A DNA stretch of 64,000 nucleotides, taken from positions 331,266,001 to 331,330,000 of the forward strand of contig OZ024742.1 in assembly GCA_964016885.1 (NCBI GenBank), given 5' to 3'. This DNA is from Eledone cirrhosa (Eukaryota). A program made the translations under genes and the position numbers. Below are positions 57,201 through 64,000 of the stretch, piece after piece; position 1 is the first letter of the stretch, and every line of letters starts with the position of its first letter. The notes under the pieces were generated by a model that did no database searches, had not been told where the DNA came from, and worked only from the letters and a program-made list of their open reading frames with translations.

Positions 57201-58740
57201 GTTTACCGAAAAGGCGCACACTATTTAAAGCATCTTGAATCTTTTCGAAAAAGAACCGAGGACTTCCTGTGAAAGATTAAGGCAGGATGCACAACAGTCC
57301 AATACTATCAGGATCTGCATCATTGTTCATTCCATCACGAAGGTGAATATAAGTGTCACAGCGAAGTTGTTTCTGATTAAGTCGAATGAAGCATCATCTC
57401 TCGGACTCCATTGTTGCGAACATGTCAACTGCAAATTGATTGAAGAGGTCTTGTGATCGGTGCAGCTGGTTGAAGCAGTTGTCGCGGATCATGAATCGGA
57501 AAGTGTAAAAATCCATGCCCGTGACAATTTTCGTGATATGCTCATCTTGGTTTGTGGAATTAATTTGATGAATTCCGAAATCGTTTCCATCCACACCATA
57601 AATAAATAATAGCGGATACTGGAGTGCGTCGTAAAATCAATGGGTTTCACTTATTCTGTGAAGGCTGTTGTCTCGTCGCTTGATATATTTCATGTTGTGC
57701 TGCTCTCCACTAATAACGATGGCTACCTCATTACAAGTAGGTGCATTATACCGGCCCGCATGCTCCCCAGATGGTCTCTCATCAGCGTAAATGACGATAT
57801 CGTAATTTGGCGAAGGTGCTTCTTGTAAAGCATACTTGAAGCTTTGAATGTAGCTATTGTTAGAGTGAAGCATGTCTTGGAGGTCAATCAAGAGTTCCAG
57901 TTTAGTGTCTGAAGTGTACGATTGCCGTCGATCTGCTTGCTGATGACAATTAACAATAAAGTAAACCTGTAAACATTGTGGCTCTTCAGTAGGCAACGGT
58001 TGCAGTGATCAAATGAGATGATACACCTGGCCCTGTACTTTGAAAGTCGGCATAAATCCATCTTCCTTCAGACGTATTGCACCGAAAGAGGTCATTCGAA
58101 ACTCAATGTTATACTGTCGGATAGGCTTCAGAAAATCACGTGATTCTGAATGCTTACCTGTTAGAAGCATCTGGAGAGGTTGCGGTTGTTCTCTAAGGGT
58201 GGGTAAATTAACCGTATCATTGGAGCAGCACATTCCAGCCGATTCTCCCGCCCACTATTTAGCTTTACAATGTTGGCAAATATTTGACACGGCATATATT
58301 TCAATATCATGATGGATTTGATAGTTTACATTACCGTCATAATTAACTGCCTTAAGGTACCATCGTGATGCCTTTGAAATACCCCGCGATAAAGCTCTAC
58401 GTTGAGCGTTACCCTCCAGCCGAATAGCTTGACTTGTTACAGTCTCTACAGCTCGTGCCGTAGCAGTAGCTGAAGCATTTCTGAATTGGCGACTTTGACG
58501 TTCTTGTTCAGTCTCAATTGCTCTTGCTGCAACATTAGCTGAAGCATTACACACACGGCGTGTTTCATATATTTGTACTGTCTCTGCAGATCTTGCTGCA
58601 GCAGTATCTGTAGCATCCATAGCAAGGCGTGCTTCACGTTGCTCTGTAGTCTATCCAGCTCGTGCTGCAGCATTTGCTTTAGCATTATTGGTTCGCCGCA
58701 CTAACCGACGCTCAGCGTCGGACAAAGAGGTTGCAATAAC
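54277..58740 (-). pseudogene. Helitron Rep/HUH-Pif1-type helicase (RepHel), fragmented
   Basis: EWQKRGLPHAHILIWL (HUH, about 56965-57015); SIKYICKYINKG; MVHGPCG; FFLDAPDGTGK; ASSGIAATLLPGGRTAHS; IVWDECTM; RTQFPLRVAFAISINKSQ; N-terminal ARAxET repeats. Confidence 0.95.
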
Positions 58741-59771
58741 TGTACTCACCGCATTTTGTGATTATCTATTTTCGGTTATCGGCATTGTTTTCTTCGACCG
58801 AGAGGTCAAGGTCCGAGTGCCAACATCTGCATACTTTCTTTATATTTGGTGAAAAAGTGTAGAGTCAAAATGTCTGAATTGAAGCGTTACAGTGAAATTA
58901 AATATATACTGGCAAAACTTAAAAAATCCTTTGAATAACTACATCCTGTTCAGTATGTTCCTTCATTGTCAAAAAAGTTTGATGTGTACGAATACAGCTG
59001 GAAGCATAGATAATGCCTGCCTCAAATGTGGACGAAATTGCTTTAAAAATGTAAACGTTGTAGGTCTCAATGATTTGAATGAAAATCCTATAAGGATCGT
59101 TCTAAAAATAAACAAACCATCATCAACATCTCGTCAATTCGGGACTGCTGCGAGATTAGGCCCTTACCGCGAACATTAACACTTAATATAGTGAAACAAG
59201 TTAAAACAACAAGTGTTTTTTTACCTTTGAAAGTGCAACAAATTTTTTTTTTGTATCAGCAAGGCTTATGAAAGTAGCGATACCGACTTTGAAGATTTTA
59301 CACACAACGACATTCAGAATAAACAAGAAACAAACGAGAATATTACTGATTTATCTTCAAATGAATCTGATGTTTATATTTTTGAAATTTCGACCGACGA
59401 TGATTGTTGTTTTGAAAGGGAAAACGAAAGTCTCCATATCTCCCCTCTCTCACTCTCTTTATAAGGATTATCAATAAAATTGTTATCTCCCTTACATCAT
59501 GCACTTTATAAAAAATAATTTTGCTATCGATAATTTTGCTATCGATTTTTTATTGCTCAATGTGGGTCGGTTTGAAAAATTCTTGTCATGTGACCATCTT
59601 AGCGACAGGTGAGACGTGCACAGAACATGTTGTCAATTTCAGTTGGTAATTGTAAAAGCTTTAGGTATCCCAATGTGTACGCAGACAGACACACATCCTC
59701 GCTTATATATATATATATACATATTTATATATATGTGCGTCGTGTGTTGTGAATGAGCATATATATATATA

Positions 59772-59802
<31 letters not shown>

Positions 59803-59811
59803 ATATATATA

Positions 59812-59842
<31 letters not shown>

Positions 59843-61000
59843 ATATATATACCGATCATTTTGTGATCGTGTTGCGGTGGTGATTCGTTTCTTGCATGTG
59901 TGGTCACTGTTGTGTGATACAGCGTGATTATAGGTTGCATGTGTACAGTTAACTGAGTTAGTGTTCAGTGAGATGGTTATGATGTGATAGTTACTCGATC
60001 ACACAGAAAATGAATACATAAACATTATCCACGACAACAAAATACCGCAATATTATTAATTTATTGAAAATAGCTTACGACGAAGCTGTACGGAAATACA
60101 CACAGGAATTATGGACTGTATATGTTTGTTTGTAAAAGTAGAGTTAAAGTCATATTTACCAAGAATACGTCATGAACCTTTCTGGCTAGATTGAGAGAGA
60201 CCAAGAGATAGAGATTGGGTGAAAGACAAAGAGAAAGATTAAGAGAAAGTAAGAGTCACTGTGACAAAAAAGGGTATCTGGAACGTAATAATTTACATAT
60301 TTGTTCTATCAAGAAATGCTTCGAACTACTGCCTCACCTGATCTAAGGCATGATATTCATTTATGTGGCCTCCCCTGTCTGCAAGACTTGAGAACAAAGG
60401 GCTGACATTTCGAGGTCGTCCAATCTCAGACCTGTTGATGGCCGAAAGGAGATAACACAGAAATTGACCGTTAAATGTTATCCAGAGGTGAAAGTGTGAA
60501 CAGATTTATCTACATATATATATGCATACATTCACAAATATAAGTACATATATACATGCATGCATATATTTATACATTCTTAATGATAGACATATAGGCG
60601 TGGGCTAGGTGTTGTGTTTGTTTGTATGTGTGTGTGTATGTAATCGATATATTCATGTTCTTACAATTCCAATAAATAAATACAAAATAAGAAAATATGG
60701 TTATACCATATATTTTAACGTTTATTCTAAAGAACACATACGTTTAAAAATAGATACAACTAACCTACCTAATTTACAATAGAACAAATAATGAATAACT
60801 CCATAAAGATATGTGAATTACACCTACATACACTAAAAGGGGCTCTCACAAATGTAACACTCAAACCGCAATTAAATATCCTGAAGTCAGAAAATTGTGA
60901 TGTAATAGAATTTATCGAATTTTACCACGAGGTCAGATTTATGCTTTACATTAAACACGACTTCTCGTTAAATCCACATTTAATCCACATTTAAAATATA

Positions 61001-61916
61001 CTAGCAGTGGTACCCGGCGTGGTACCCGGCGTTGAAGGGGATAAGGTATTTTGGAACGCGGGCCGCCAACAGACCTAATCGTAGAAAAACTGCATGCCTG
61101 GACAATATGTAAAGAAAATAAACCGAATAATCTGATGGCTGGATAATCTTTAAGATTTTCCTCGATGAAGCTCGAAAAATGCAGGGGATCAAGAAAATTA
61201 ATTTTTTTTTATGTGCATAATATGCTTTGAAATTTCGGGAAAATCGGCTAGAGGTAACGCCTCCCAAAAACCCTAAAATCTGAAAAAATGAACTTTTTCA
61301 CCTAATGCAGGCCCTAGGCCATAAAAGGTTGGATTTTCTTTGCTCACGGTATGAAGCAGATACTGACTAATACATAGTTACAATTTCAAGGAAATCGGGC
61401 TAACGTAATGCCTAAAAAAACCCATAAAAAACTTAAAACACGCAGTTTTTCACCTAATGCGGGCCCTAGAAGATCAAAATGTTGAAGTTTTCTTTATGTG
61501 CATAACACTCCCTGAAACATAAGTAATACACATGTAAAGTTTGAAAAACATCGGTTAGGTACTTCTCGAGTTTTAGGGATTCAAACTCACAGACACACAC
61601 ACACAGACAGACATCCTGAGGGAAGTGACGTAATGCAGACAGCCAAACATACAGGCAAATATTATAAGGGTGCGACGTTATATGTATGTATCTATATAAA
61701 CAGAGAAAGGCTAAGAATTATAGAGAGAGATCGCTAAATCGCCTAATGCGGACCCTAGGGCATTGAACATTTTAATTTTTTTTTGTTCAGAACACTCCCT
61801 GAAACAGAAGTGTTACATGTGTAAGGTTTGAAAACATTCGGTTGCGTGGTTCTCGAGTTTTATGGATTCAAACTCACACACACACGCAGGCATCCTCAGT
61901 TTTATATATGTATAGA
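61001..61916 (-). mobile_element. Non-autonomous Helitron
   Basis: Minus strand A|TCTATACATATATAAAA ... cgccgggtaccactgCTAG|T, inserted between A and T with no TSD. Internal direct repeats at about 61300, 61450-61617 and 61740-61897. Confidence 0.85.
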
Positions 61917-63014
61917 TGATGTAATGTAAAATTTTCCCTGAAAACTACATATGTCGAATATGTCTGACATTCCAAAAAGCATAGCTTTACATCGTCAACT
62001 AATTTTGGAACTGTACACGAGAAATCTTACCAAATTTCTGGTTTCCCATTCTAACAATACAACTTTTCGGAACAATAACATGTCAGCAAGAAAACTTGTT
62101 ATATAGACAAACACAAACCGGGGCTCTCTGTATTCATATTCAAGATAAGTTTTACGTACAAAGTCATGGGTTATAATTCTGTTATACGCCTCAATAAAGA
62201 AACTTAATTGAGTACCGTAAAGAAAAAAATGAGCGACAAACAATAGGACAGAGGGTTTATTTAAATCAATACAACTCCCTGTGTGAGAACAAAATAGGCA
62301 ACGTCAACGCAAATCCGATTGAACTTTTGAAAAGCTACTCATGGTAAACATCAATGTAAATGCTAATTGAATAATCAGGCTTATTTCTGAAAAAACATTC
62401 CTATATTAAAAAAAAAAACAATTATAATTTATTTTATTGGAGCAACTTCATTAGGCCTCATTTGCACTCATCATTCAGTTCCCGTCAAATGTTGAACCGA
62501 CTGGAAAATTATCCCCATATACACTACAGAGCACTTAATCATGAAAAGTACCAAACCATAATCACACAATCATACTATATCACAATTCTCTATGCATCCC
62601 ACGACACACCGTTCTCCAAAAAACAAATTATACTGAATTAACTGAAATCTGAACTAATCCTAATTCAGAATAAATGATTACGTTCAGAAAAAGCAATAAA
62701 ACGAAATTCTTAAACTAACGCTAGCTTCCATTTACACTACAGAAATATGAAGACATGAAACGGTTGAAGTGATTACCCTTGCGTATATTTTGGCAATATA
62801 TCGTTTCGAATAACATAATTCCTTATACGACGAGAATGAAATATTTGAGGCAGACGTGCTACATTAACAGCTGGATGTATTTTCTAATGGCCGTCTCATA
62901 GATTTAAGAAGAAAAGCAATAAGGTACTGCTCTATTAGAGGCACGAGAGGGCCGATACGCATGTCAACGGAAGCAAATCTCACCACCAAAAAGCACCTTC
63001 CTCCCAAAAATATA

Positions 63015-63103
63015 ATAATTGTTTCTACTTTTGGCACAAGGTCAGCAATTACCCAGTACTTTATTTACACGTACTTTATTTTATCGACCCCGTAAGGATG
63101 AAA
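63015..63103 (-). mobile_element. 5'-truncated SINE
   Basis: Match to the SINE 3' half. Confidence 0.8.
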
Positions 63104-63442
63104 TCATCTGATCTTGGCATCTGATCTTCCGCCCTGAATGAGACATGGCACGTTTTCAAGAGACATATGTAAAGAAACACTAAATATAACATTAATATTC
63201 AGACGTAGGAGCCCAAACCCCCCTAGCAACAAATATTCTTGGACCCAGCTGTGTTTGACTTGAGAGCGTTTCTGTGAGTCAAATGAAAAGTTTCACAGCA
63301 ATTTTAGACCACGTATGGACATTTTAATGGGATCAAAATTTCGAAATCTATATCAATATATGTGTACGGATTTCGTTTCGCAAACTTTAGTTTGAAATTT
63401 GGAAGCAGGAGTGTTATTGATATCCACATAGTCTCTCTATTT

Positions 63443-63526
63443 CTATTACTACTGCTCCTCCTCCTCCTCCTCATCCTCCTCCTACTACTACTACTACTAC
63501 TACTACTGATATTACTGCTACTACTG

Positions 63527-63558
<32 letters not shown>

Positions 63559-63616
63559 GATACTACTACTACTACTACTACTACTACTGATACTACTACT
63601 ACTACGACTACTATTA
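63443..63616. repeat. (CCT)n/(CTA)n trinucleotide repeat
   Basis: Direct reading. Confidence 0.95.
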
Positions 63617-63663
63617 TGTTCCTTAATAATCGCAACAGAAAAGCACATACAGAGATAAGTACA

Positions 63664-64000
63664 TACGAGGTGGTATCAACAAATTTCCCGACTAGTTCTG
63701 TAGCGCGCTAATAGATGGCAACACATTGTTGTGTACGCAGTGAGAGCTTAGCAGTGACCTCCATGCGCCAGTGTGCCGTGTGACATTACTGTATTTACTT
63801 CTAAAGTTGTCATATTTGTCTTTTTGTGATCATGTGTATGATGTAGCTTGCGATTTCGTCATGAACAGCAAGTTGTAACGACGAGCCAACGTGAAATTTT
63901 GTTTTTACCTTGGGAAGTCTGATACAGAGACATTGAGCATGCGTCGGCAAGCTTACGGCGACGAGATATTGGGTTATACGCAAGCATTCGATGGCGGATG
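63664..64000 (+). mobile_element. Mariner element 5' end (TA + TIR + transposase N-terminus), runs off the window
   Basis: TA|cgaggtggtatcaacaaatttcccgact; RANVKFCFYLGKSDTETLSMRRQAYGDE. Confidence 0.8.

Larger units (their letters stand above)
53634..59720 (-). mobile_element. Decayed autonomous Helitron
   Basis: RepHel remnants. Candidate 3' CTAG|T at 53637-53634. The 5' end region at about 59680-59720 resembles that of the 61001-61916 element. Ends approximate. Confidence 0.85.

Noticed and set aside
63304-63658. Poly-Ser and poly-Leu ORFs (also poly-Lys/Phe at 24132-24396)
   Set aside because: Trinucleotide repeats with no other coding signal.

Overview
AT-rich eukaryotic intergenic or intronic DNA, dense in (TA)n/(CA)n microsatellites. 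The SINE family and repeat landscape suggest an octopod cephalopod (inference). I can support no host protein-coding gene. Main contents: (1) an apparently intact full-length CR1-group LINE (about 4412-9127) set between two long (TA)n arrays. Its ORF1 is unusual (Myb/trihelix-like domain, polyQ, two CCCH fingers). Its APE-RT ORF2 has no upstream AUG, lies in the -1 frame and overlaps ORF1 at two correctly phased slippery heptamers. (2) Three decayed Penelope-like elements (PLEs) with a C-terminal GIY-YIG, plus many short PLE 3'/pLTR remnants of several families. Most sit in (TA)n, many carry minimal hammerhead ribozymes (HHRs, including compensatory U3-A8 cores), and many share a fold-back layout: TA - short inverted arm - apex - long arm + tail - TA. 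(3) A decayed autonomous Helitron and a non-autonomous Helitron. (4) tRNA-derived SINEs, mariner remnants and other LINE/MITE debris. All coordinates and pairings were read by eye and may be off by a few bases.
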